Of a stretch of 64,000 bases of DNA, positions 49,566-61,500 are shown in pieces. The position numbers and the translations under genes are program-made. The stretch's first letter is position 1. Every line of letters begins with the position of its first letter. Source of the stretch: Coniocarpon cinnabarinum (taxonomy: Eukaryota); assembly GCA_051942205.1 (NCBI GenBank), contig JAVECO010000041.1, positions 1-64,000 of the forward strand, read 5' to 3'. The notes beneath the pieces were generated by a model. That model ran no database searches. It was not told where the DNA came from and was given only the letters and a program-made list of their open reading frames with translations.

Positions 49566-52500
49566 ATGGCTTCACCATCATCATTGACGGGCATCGCACG
49601 TCCAGAGTCGATGATTGTGCGACCTCGAAGCGAGAGCCGATTCAGCAACCCTGCCAGTCGACCCGAGACTGCTGCGAGTACGCGGTATCCAGATGAAGAA
49701 CCCAAGACCGCGGTCAAAGTTGGTAAGTGATGGGCCTGAATTCAAGACGGAGATGAAGTTTTTCTGACGAGTTCCGCAGCTGTCCGCGTTCGTCCTCCAC
49801 TAGATTCTTCGGATCCAGGGTTCGACCTCGTTCCAGCGCGATTCCGAGGATCCACGTGTCAAACCCCCAATCCGAACACGCTTACAGTCGAGTCTGGCGC
49901 GCAAGGTCAGAAGCTGTTCGTTTTTGATCGAGTCTTCTCGGACAAGGAGGACCAAGAATCGGTTTGGGAGTATGTTCATGAAAGTGTCAATTCGTTTGTA
50001 CAGGGATACAATGTGTCACTTCTTGCGTATGGACAATCTGGGGCCGGGAAGTCTTACACAATGGGAACGGCGAGTCCTGGCTCGCAAATCACTCCAAAGA
50101 GCACAGGTAGAGTACAAGCCTACGAAACATATAACGTATTTGAAGACTAAGCAAGAACAGGCATTGTGCCGAGAGCGGCCGCTGCGCTGTTTGACAAACT
50201 GAGTGCAACATCCAATGCGAGCTCGACTTCAGCCAACGGCGTTGGCTCCGGCCTGCGTCAGCCGAAGAGGTACTCATCTGCTCCTGTGGTTGAGACGAAA
50301 GAAAAGAACTGGCAACTAAGGGCTACCTACGTAGAAGTAGGTGGTTGATCCGCTGTATAAGGTTGTGCCGTACTGACTTCCGTAGATCTACAATGAACAA
50401 TTACGTGACTTGCTTGTACCGGAATCGGTACCCTCGCATGAACGACCGCCGATCCAAATCCGCGAGGATTCAAAAGGCCGCATACTTCTCACAGGACTGC
50501 AGCAGGTTCCAATCAATTCCGTCGACGATCTCTTAAATGCGCTCAACTTCGGGTCATCAATACGGCAGACGGATGCGACCGCAATCAATTCGAAATCATC
50601 ACGATCCCACGCTGTCTTCTCCCTTGCCCTTACGCTAAAAAAGAATCAAGCAATGTCGTCCGAAACCAAGCGATATTCGACTTCGATGCATTCCATGAGC
50701 GGGTCCGAACACTGGGTAACGATAGACAGCAAGCTGCACTTTGTGGATCTGGCTGGCAGTGAGCGCTTGAAAAACTCTGGGTTGACAGGAGAGCGTGTCA
50801 AAGAAGGCATATCCATCAATGCCGGACTCGCCAGCCTCGGAAAAGTCATTTCACAACTCTCGGCGAAATCAAGCGGAGGTGGCGGGCATGTGTCATATCG
50901 AGATTCACGCCTGACGCGACTGCTACAAGATTCTCTGGGAGGCAACGCAATCACGTATATGATTGCTTGCGTGAACCCAGTGGAATTTCACCTCTCCGAG
51001 ACTCTCAACACCGTGCAATACGCTCAACGAGCACGCAACATCCAAAGCAAGCCGCAGATTCAATCGCGTGCCGACGACGGCGACAAACAATTGGTCATCG
51101 ACAGACTGCGCTCCGAAGTCGCATTTTTAAGAGACCGCATTCAGCATTTGGATCGCGGGGACCGACGAAGTACCAGCGAGGCAGGTCGCCGTGCACCTCG
51201 TGATCACGCTCGCGAGAATGAATTACAGAATCAATTACTGGACATTCAAGAAAGCTACAGCGCGCTGAGTGGAAGACACGCCAAGTTGATTGCAGAGATT
51301 GCTCAGGGTAAAGGCAACGAGGAGGGTGGCATGCCAGCACTTACGGGTTCCATTGCGCCCAATTCTCTGGATCGACTGAAACGCTCAAATAATTTTCAAG
51401 AAGCCGTCGAAGCCGTGGTAATGGAGTACGAGAAGACGATCCAGAGTCTCGAGTCATCGCTTTCACAGTCACGGTCTTCACTGTCAACAAGCGAGAGCAG
51501 CTTACTCGAGCGTGAAGCACGATTGGTTTACTCTGAGGCTCGGACACAGCAGCTCCTGCAAAGGTTGCAAAAATCAAAGGACCGCGAATCAAATTCAGAT
51601 ACTTATCTTCGAGATCTGGAGCAAAAGCTCGAAGGTGCAGCCACGGGTGAGGAGAAGAACATTGTGGCAATCAAAGACCTCCGCAAAGAATTAGCACGGG
51701 TCAAAGAGAGTGAATCGAGTGCTGAGGAATACATTTCTACCCTGGAGGAACGTCTTGCTGAAGCTGAGCAAGATACCGAAATCATGCAACGAGAGATCCG
51801 GAGGCTTGAGCATGTCGTGGAGCGACAACGAACCATTGGAAAGATGGACAGCCTGCTCCAGGAGCTCGATCATATGCGTCAGGAAGAAATCCAAGCAAAC
51901 AGTAATGGCGCAGATAGACACATGGAGAACACACAATCGGACATGTTCCACGATCGGCTTGTTGCGACGACTGGAGCTCATCATCCGAATGGAGAGATGA
52001 CTGATGAGAGCGCGGAGCAGGAATGGAGAAACTTTGGTCCCATGGAAGGTGAAGAAGAAAGTATTTCGCACGTTGATCCTGCAGAGCAAAACACCTCCGA
52101 GCAGCAGAAGCAACAAGGTCCTGATGCTACCAGCCAATCTGATAGAGAACGGGAGCAAGCACAGGCACAGTCCAAAGTCATTGCAGACAAGCTCGAGACG
52201 GTCAGTATTGAGTTGTTCGATCTCAAGGTCGAACACGAATCCACGGTCGCCGAGCTGGATGATACTTCACGGAAATATCAGATCGCTCTGCGGACGCTTG
52301 CTGACTTACAGGAGGCTATCGATGACGGTCGAGCCAGGCCATCCTCTTTTTTAGGAGTAGATGGCTCGAGAGAGCCGAGGGAAAATGGGGTTTCTTCAGT
52401 TTCGCGTACTTTGCAATCGGACTTATCCTCGCGTACGGAATCGCCAACTTTGGTGGAACCTTCTGAGGCTGGTGCTAGCGAGTCGAGTCCTCGACAAGAA

Positions 52501-54900
52501 ACACTAATGGATGCTGTCAAGAGACTGAAGCGAGCAAATGCTGAAAAGGACATCAACATGGCCGAGCTCAATGGCAACTTTGAGCAGCTCTCCGATCAAC
52601 ATCAAACTACGCTCAAGTATGTGGAGGAGCTGAAGGAGGAACTGGCAAAGGCTCCGAAAGAACAATCACCCGTCTCTGAAACATTACGCTCCCCGGGACC
52701 GATCCGTCGGAGCGCAAGTCAGACGTTTCTCGGCAAGGATCGTGAAACTCGCGTTTTTACTAATTTACGGGATGTCGCCGTGGAACATCTACAGGGTAAA
52801 CCCCAAGCCGCGCAGTTATTCGAACGAAACATCAACGACGCTGCAATGGAAATGAAGCTTCGCAATGATCGACTCGAAAGTCTCGAGACTGAGTTGAAGA
52901 AAGTCCGAGAAGAGATCGTTGTGAAGAACACCATGATTTCTGGCTTGACACGGGAGCGCTCCGCTCGCACTGCCACCGGCCTTGATCTGAGCATGCTCTC
53001 GTCGATGCGCGATCACGTTACACAAAGCCAAAAGAAAATCGCGTCGCTTTTGAAGACCCGTGTCGAGGACGAGGAGAAAATGTTTGCTAATGTCCAGAAA
53101 ATGCAGGACTCACTAGGTCAACCCCGGTCGGGTGGAAATCACTTGCCAGGTGAATTCCCTGCATCAGGTGACGCATCAAGCGTGACAGACGGCCCGACTG
53201 AATCAACCGATGAAGATCATCATCAACGAACTGTCGAACTTCAGCGGGAGATAACGCAATGGCAAGAAAAGCAACGTGCAAGCAATGAAGCAGCACGTGC
53301 CTCTGAAGAACAGCTCGTCGCCACCATTGCCGCGCTCGAGACATCCTTAGCGAACTCGGAAGCCCTCCACAAAGAGCAAACCGCCGCCGCCAGTATGCGC
53401 AGTAATATGCGGAGTCCAGATTCGAATGCGGATCTCGAAGCCGAGAAGTCCAAGCATCTGGAGCAGGTCGCTGCTTTGCAGAAGGAAATTGATGGGTATA
53501 AAGCTGCCAGCATCGCCCACACTTCCAAGCTGGGTGAACTCGAGTCTTCGTACAACAAATTCATGCAAGAGGTCGAAGAGGAGGCTCAACATCGCAAGCT
53601 GACTGAGAGTGAACTGCAGGCTCAACGTGATCGGTGTCAACATTTGGAACGGCAAATCGAACAGGAGAGGTCGCTCTCGGACTTTCATCAATCTGGTTTG
53701 AAGTCGTTGGAGGAGAGTCACGAGAAGGAGATGGAAGAACTGAGAGGGACACTGGCTGCTCAGCAGCGCAAGTCTGACAGTCGACTGACGGAACAACTCA
53801 GCAAACATCAAGAGTCAACGTCTGCCCTGCAAGAAGAGTTGACACGCGCCCACGTGGAGTTGAGTCAATTGATGCATTCAGTGGCGGTTGCGCTTGACGA
53901 TGAGAACGCCGACTCAGCCACGTTACAGACACGCCTGCAGGCGTTTGCCGCAGAGAAGGGTAACGCCGCATCCAAAAGTCGAGAGCTTTCCGAGACGCTT
54001 GGGAAGGTGCAGCAAGAGTTGCAAGCCGCTAAGCGCATCGCTGCCGAGCAAGACGCGAAGATCAAGGAACTGACCGCTATCAACACGGACACCCTGAAAG
54101 AGTTGGAGCGCGCCACTGAGCGGGAACAGAAGTCAAGCCAGCTGGTCCAAGAACTTGAAGAACAGCTCAACGCGTCCTTTGACCAACACAAGACCACGCA
54201 GAAGCGGTTGTCATCCACGCAAGCCGATGCCGAGAAAGCCATCGAAGATCATCGTTCTCGCATGGTTCTGCTCGAGCGTGAGCTAAGCGACATGAAGCGC
54301 AGCACCACGTCCAGCGCCCAAGGATCTCATCGCGGCAGCCTCCAAGCTCAGGACCTCAACCGCACCGACAGCAACACCAGTCACCTCCGCAAGAGCAACT
54401 CCAATCAAGCTCTCCCCATGATGTCACCGCCACCTGTTACACCCTTACCTCCCGTGCCCTCCGATTCCCCCAGTCAAAACCCGCCTCGCAGTCCCCAACC
54501 CAACACCGCCTCTTTCTCTTTCAACACCGGTCCCAGCGACACCGAGAAAGCCCTGCAATCTTCGCTCGACGAGCGCGAGAATCGCATCAAGACCATTGAG
54601 AAGCATCTGTACGCCGAGAAACAACTCACCCAGACGCTCGAAGAAGCCCTCGTCGACTTGGAAACACAAGCGAACAAGTCAAAGAGCGAGATCGAGGCCT
54701 GGAAAAAGAAGGCGGGTCAACTCGAGAGCGAGGCTGAAGGGTTGAAGAAACAGCGCGGTGAGATGCGAAACTCGTTACAGGCTGTTGAGCAGGAGCGGGA
54801 GAGACGTCTCCAGGCTGAGGCGGTGCAGAAGCAGTTGGAGGATCGGATGGCGCAGGTGCAAGCCAAGAAGAAGAAAAAAGGAGGACTGAATTGTTTCTAG
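49566..54900 (+). CDS. Kinesin-4-like (KIF21/chromokinesin-type) motor with a long coiled-coil stalk; 4 exons
   Basis: VKVAVRVRPP, FVFDRVF, P-loop YGQSGAGKSYTMG, YVEIYNEQ, NSKSSRSH, FVDLAGSER, HVSYRDSRLTRLLQDSLGG. Confidence 0.92.
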
Positions 54901-55478
54901 TGAGCGGTCTGTCTTGTGCAGAGTGGTCACTCTTTTCGTGGCGTCAATGGCGTGTGGGAGGCTGTCTACAGTTGTGCGCTTTCTTGAGTCGTTCAAGTTT
55001 CTGGACGGCGATGGAGGATTATGAGGAGGGGAGGGGACGATATGGGATTTATGTGATGAGATGAGATTAGGGTGATTGACGAGGTTGAGGGTGGATGGGG
55101 CCTGACAATAAGTTTTAACTGTAACTGTATACTTTTACTGAGACTCGATGATGGAGGGGACCTGGAGATTGGAAGGACGGAGTGCATAATTAGATACCCA
55201 ATATAGCGTTATATTCAATTCAGGTCTGTTCTTCAACATGTTCTTTTCGATGGGCTTTGCTCCTCTATCACACATGCTCTCGATGCATTCTGCTACTGAT
55301 TTTCAACGACTATCGCTGCGATACGCCCCGCATACCATTTACTTTCCTCTACCGCACCTCACAATGCCACTCGCCCTCACTACTCCTCCTCACCACGAGT
55401 CCCTCCACCTCACAAACTCTCAACCCCCCTCTCAAGCTTCAAGCACAGCAACAACAGAAACAAGTACAAGTAAGACAA

Positions 55479-56609
55479 TCACTTCGTCCTCACCTGCTTC
55501 AACGGCTTCGCATGATGCACAAACTGCTCCGCGTACGCCTTCGGTCGAATCCGGCGCTCATTCGGCTCCTGCACGAACCACTCGTACCCTTGCTTCTGAC
55601 AGAAGCGGATCGCGTCGTCTTTGGTTTTGAAGTTGAGTTTCGTGCCCTGCACGTAGTCGGCGCTGGATTGCCAGCCCATGAGGGGGTTTTCCCAGCGGGT
55701 GCCTTTGGCGAGGACGTCCCCTTTTTGGTGTTCGTTAGTGGGATTTTACGTGAGGAATATGGGATGATGAAGGGTCTGTTGGGTTCGGTGTGGTGGTTTA
55801 GCTGGTGGGTGAGAGCTCAACACCAGGGGGTTTGGTGTCTCAATGAGCGGCAAGGAGGGAAGGAGAAGTGAGGGGTGGGGATGTGTGGAGGATGGTTGAT
55901 TCCACTGTATCAGCTTTCGACAAACGTGGAAAGCTATTGATCTTATTGGGAACTCGAGGAGGAGACGGTTGAGGGAAAGGCTTACAGTCTAATTGCCAAT
56001 GGTGACCGTGCCAGTCACCTGACTGTGTAGCTGTTTTGGCGGGCTTGTATATCCTGCAGTGTCGAGTCAGCCTCCCAGCTCCACAACCAACATTCATGGC
56101 CTTGATCTCTCCAGTCTCTTTTTGACAAGTCGACTCCTCGTCTCGCTCAAATGGATCACAACCTACCGCACAGTCCGTCCCTGCAAATCAATCGGCGCCC
56201 CACTCGTCACCGCCGCCGGCGCCAGACCACCCAAGTCCTCACTCCCCTCCTGCACCCTCATCGGAATTGGGCTAAAAGTGCTGGTCCGATAATCCGCCTC
56301 CGCGACATTGTAATCAGGCCTCGGCACATCGACCGGGTCCTCAAACTCATTACTGATCGCACCGGAGGGATCGTAAGGTGGACCGGGACGTTCGACGGGA
56401 CGCGTAGAGCTCGCGACGGGTGTAGGTGGTGATGGTTTAGTGAAGGGGTAAGCGGCTTTGGTGGCGTTGTCCGTGGGTGATTTGGTGACGGCGCCGGGTT
56501 GCGAGGGTTTGGTGAAGGGACTTGTCGTGCCGCTGGAGTGGCGGAGGGTAAGCAAGGGGGACTTCGAGAAGAGGTTTGGACGGAGGATACGGCGTGCGGG
56601 TGTTGTCAT
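55479..56609 (-). CDS. ndufs4: NADH:ubiquinone oxidoreductase 21 kDa subunit (NDUFS4/NUYM homolog); exons 56609-56167, 56053-55986, 55720-55479
   Basis: SGAPIDLQGRTVRIYKPAKTATQSG...W.LDWD...RWENPLMGWQSSAD...F..KQGY; Arg-rich mitochondrial presequence. Confidence 0.93.
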
Positions 56610-56883
56610 GATTGAATTGGGCGTTTGTTGCTATCAGATGGTCTTTGATGTTGCAGAGGTCTGGCGTTGGAGGTTGGCGATTCTTGTGGACTAAATGGGA
56701 TTAGTGTCATCAAGGCTTGGCGTGGTAGAGACCTCAGAGCTGGCAGCTCGGTATTCGAGACGGATTCTGTTGTCAAAGTACTTCTCCGCTCCTTGAATAG
56801 ATTGTCTTTGCGGTTACGGTGAGGTTAAGGAGTATCGTGTGAGGCGTAATTGGTAGCTGACAAGGGAACGTTCAGCTTTCAAG

Positions 56884-57519
56884 ATGTCGCTTATCTTCCG
56901 TCGCGGCATCTCCTCCTTGGTTCCTCCAAAGGTATAAACATCGATTGCGTTTTGTTTTATGAGCGCTGGGCTGACGTATTGGCTTAGGTCGCTTCTCCGA
57001 GCGTGAGTCTCCAATTTTGATGTTCAAGAAAGATTCAAGTCTACTACCTGGGGCTCCTTTCCGTGTTGTTCAAAGTGCGGTCGTTTTGCGCGAGAGTTCA
57101 ACCGAAGAAAACGCAACAACTTGCAAATGGGCTTCTTTCTAACACACACTTGAAGGGCATTGGGGCTTCTGGCGATGCGAAGCGCATGCAGCGTCTTGTC
57201 CAGTTCTACGAGCGTCTACCACGAGGACCGGCTCCTGAACCTTCTGGCAGCGGACCAATTGCATGGTACAGGAAGCGATACTTTGGCAAGAATGCTCCAG
57301 CAGCACGTACGTCAGCATCGATCTTAATTCATCATCGGGACTCGGAAAAGGGAACTGACATGGAAGCAATACAGCGCTAGGACACCTCATCGGCTTTTTC
57401 CTTTTGCTCGGTTATGGTCAGGAGTATTACTTCCATTTGAGTGAGTTGAGAATGATGCAGGTGTTCAAGATATATGCTGATGGAGATGCGCAGGACATCA
57501 CAAGAACAACGCGCATTGA
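56884..57519 (+). CDS. atp17: Mitochondrial ATP synthase subunit f; exons 56884-56931, 56988-57002, 57156-57306, 57375-57440, 57494-57519
   Basis: Spliced product MSLIFRRGISSLVPPKVASPSGIGASGDAKRMQRLVQFYERLPRGPAP...YFGKN...GYGQEYYFHLRHHKNNAH. Confidence 0.95.
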
Positions 57520-58531
57520 TGGCATTTGCAACAAATCACAGTACGAAAAGGGACAGGGGTGGTTATTAGGCGAGAGATGATCGGTATGGAAGGCAGTATG
57601 TGTACAGTACGCAGAATAGAGCCAATTCCAGCCAGCTGTCAGAATGCTGATGCTCGTTTGTCATGCTTGCCGCGTGACGATCTAAGAAGCGTGTTCAGCA
57701 CTATGAGCTTCACTTTGACAACGTTCGCATGCAATCAACTACATAAATTGTTTTACGTCTGGACTGTTCTTCCATGCAGATTCTGTTGAAGCCGGAATGC
57801 TCGAATGCCTTTGCCTAATAGTTGGAGGTGCTTCGGATCGTTGCCTTATCTTCCCTTGTCAATCGCTTAACGACCCCTGGACAAAGTATATCTTGCCTCG
57901 CATTTCGCATACGTCGCGTACAAACACGCAACGCAAGAAAAGTTGTTCAAGTGACATATCATTGGACGATCTCACAAGTTTCTGATCAAGAGTCACGATC
58001 ATTCCGAGGGGCGATTGGAGCAAACCTGTTTCATGCCTACATAGAACGGTTAAGCACGCGGGCGAATGCGTCACTGTTGCTGAGTCATGTAAGGTCTTGG
58101 CGCTTTCGACATCGTCAAGATAGCCGTCGAACGCCTTCATCCCCCTGCCCTCTTCTAGCTCTCTTCCACATATCGAAGCCTTAGCGAACTCGTCACTGCA
58201 GCTAAGAGCTACCTTTAGCAGCTACCCCAGCGTCCGCGTCCCCGAGAGGTACGTAATCAATCGTGTTTAAAATAGCTTGAGATGACGCCCCCCGGTCCAC
58301 TAACTGAGCCGCAAGTCGCCTTCAGAGAACGAACGCCGAATCGTCGAGAGCCACGTCAACGACGGATCGTGGCGACAGGTACTGACTGACCGGTACGGTT
58401 ACAACCCGCTGTCTACGTTATTCGAGATCACCAATCCCTTCAATCCCCATATCACCGCACCTTCGGACACCATGCAAAGATCACCCTCTAACTTGAAGCG
58501 CCGTCGCGCATGTTCAGATTTGAATTGTGTT

Positions 58532-61500
58532 ATGGCAGAGACAGAGGCCCAGAATGTGGTAAACGGCAACCAGTCGATGGGCGGCGATCCTGCGCCCATC
58601 GACGCACCCGAGGAAACACAATCTTCAAATCACGCCGTGGGGGAGGGAGATGTGGAGGTTTACAAGACACAGGACGATGATGGGTTTTCACAATCACAAA
58701 AATACTCAAAAGATACTTCAAATGCGTATGCGCAATCTCAGCTAGCATATCATCAAGCACACTTGGAACCTAGCGCCGCAAATGATGGTACCACGGTATG
58801 AATTGCGACCTTTCAGAGGAGACATTTCCACGTACTGATCAACCCTTCTAGTCATATGCTTCTCAACTCAGTAACCAACAAAATGGAATGCTTCATCCTG
58901 AATACGCCGTCACCAACGGCAATACTCCCCTCTCCGTGTATCCGGATCCCTCGCCATCCGCCACAGAAGCAGCAGAGCTTGAGTGGCGAAGACCCTCGCT
59001 CGACCGCAATGATAGATCCAACTCGTTCAAGAAGCCGACCTCTTTCAAGACTGTTTCAGTCACCAAGAACTTCCTTGCAAAATCATCAAGTGGGCTCGCG
59101 TCTCCAAACAAGACAGGCGTTGATAAAGGTACGCATTTGCTCTATTCCAGGACATATGCAAGGCGCTTGCTGACACGGCTCTAGTTTCATCTCCCAGTCC
59201 CGTTCCGTCCGCCAATGCCTCAGCAGCAAAGCCTCGTCTAATTGCAAAGTCTGTGAGAGACGCACGTTCTCCGGCTTTGGCAGGACCTGGAGCTGCAGCG
59301 GCACCGGACGCTAGCAAAGTGTGGAATCGAAACAAACGTAAGGAAGGTCACTGTTCACGTTCTCTGCACTGCTCACTAACCACTGCGTCTAGCTGCACCC
59401 ACACCTCCACCAAGACAGTTCACAGACGAAGAGCTTAAGCAGCAGTATGGGATTCATCTTGCGACACGACTTCAGTCCGACGAACCTGGCAAAGGATCGA
59501 AATGGGCGGACATGGAGGACGATGAAGATGACTGGGCGCCTGAAACGGTAGAGTGGATGGACGGAACGAAGACCACACTCCAACCGGAGAACCAGCAACC
59601 ACCACCTTCCGCATCACGACTCTCACCACAGAAGCAAGAATCAGACGAACCAAAGCCAGATGCAAGTGCTTCTCAACCTTCGTCCAGCTTAGGACCTGGC
59701 AAGACGATTCTTCGACCAGGCGGTATACGCAATCAAACTACTCTCAAGCCTGGTCTTGTCCTCAAAAGCGTCCCTGAATCTCAAGAACCCCCACCGAAAC
59801 CTACCCCAAACGGTTCTGCAAAATCTCCATGGGCTCAGTTACCACCTGTTGACAAGGTCTCACCGGTCACGTTCAACCCATCTCACGTGCCCTCTCAGCA
59901 AATGCCAAGCCATGTGGGGCGGGAAAGCCCCGCTGCCGCCTCAACTTCAGGTCCCGTGGCCGACCCAAACCTCGCTACACCGTCATCAGCGAGAGAAATT
60001 TCTGCGGATACTTTTGATCGCTCTTGGAGAAACACAGAGAGAGGAGCGAAAGATTTGTATGAACCCAATTCTGGACGTTACGAACCAGCTCGTGGTGGTC
60101 GGAGGACTTCATTCCGGCAGGACGGTAATTTCAGACCTGCCTCACTCCTGCAGCGGCCTTCACAATTCGATCAAGACAAGGGCTACGTCTCTCAAGACGT
60201 GCGGAGCTCCGATCGGCGATTGAGCAATCTAAGTTCAGATAGTCGCGTCACGTTGGACAGGAAAGTCTCTGCGGCAGAAGACGGCCAGGCCTCGGAGAGC
60301 GCCCTATCGCCACTGGTTGCTAGGAGCGACGTCAGTGTCCAGCACGCGTCAACACCTGATACCTCCCAACCCAGTCACGACGGCAACCAGCGGCTCTACG
60401 CGGCGCACCCTGCCGATGCTGCTGTGACTAGTCCGCATGTGGATGGAGCGTCATCTGATGTGCAATTACAACAACAGTTGATGCGACAGCGTATTGAGGC
60501 CAATCGTCGTCGCAAACAGGAAGAACAGGCTCGTGAAGAGGCCGAGAAGCAGGAGCGTATTCGTCAGCGGTTACAGGCCCTTGATATCACTTCGCCTCGT
60601 CCAGCCGAGCCGGAGAAGATTGAGGGGGCTGGGCATAATCTCTCTACAGAGCCCACCTTGAACTCCTCCACGGCAACTATCGAGAAGATCCAATCACCAC
60701 CCTCCGGTGACGACACGACTATTGTTTCTGAAACGCAAAGCAAGCAAACACCTGCTGTCGCGTCATTACCGCCGGTCGCCACCGAAGAGACCCCTCAACA
60801 CCTTGACGGCTTGGGAGAAGTTCCTGCCAATGGTTCACTGATACACCTTCCACCTGCCAGCCATCCAAGTCTTTCCCACACTGCCAACTCTGGAATCTCC
60901 GTACCTCCGTCCACCCAGCCATCGAGATTTTCGTCAGGGCAACCACTAGCGCCGCTCAACAAAAGCTCTCCATCTCCCCGACTCTCTTCTGCCAACTTTC
61001 TTCACTCCTCTTCTTCACAACCTTCTTCACAACTTCCATCACAGTTTTTGAAAGTATTTTCAGACTCTGCACAGCCTTCGTCTTCGGACAATCCAGCTTT
61101 CACACACACTCACACTCCAAGTCCGGCGTCTTTCGAGCGTTCGAGACATCATTGGGCATCCGCTCACCCACCACTTCCACAAGCCGGTTGGTCAAGCAAC
61201 TCCGGTCACCCTTCGTCCTTTATTCAAAGCAACGTTTGGGGTCCGCCTCCAACCAACGACAAAGCACTCGGTAACGGTTCGTTCGAGCCTGATCTTCACC
61301 GACCTGCTCAACCCAACTACCCATCTTCACACTTTCGACCATCCCCACAACCTTCTCCAGGCCCCATAGCGCCTCCATTAGTCTCATCGAGACCACATTC
61401 GTCATCAAGACCAGACTTTGCATCACAAAGTCATCAAAACATCAACGCAATGGCTCCAATCGAGTGTGTTGCTTCCCCCTCTACTCCTAACTTTCCCAAG

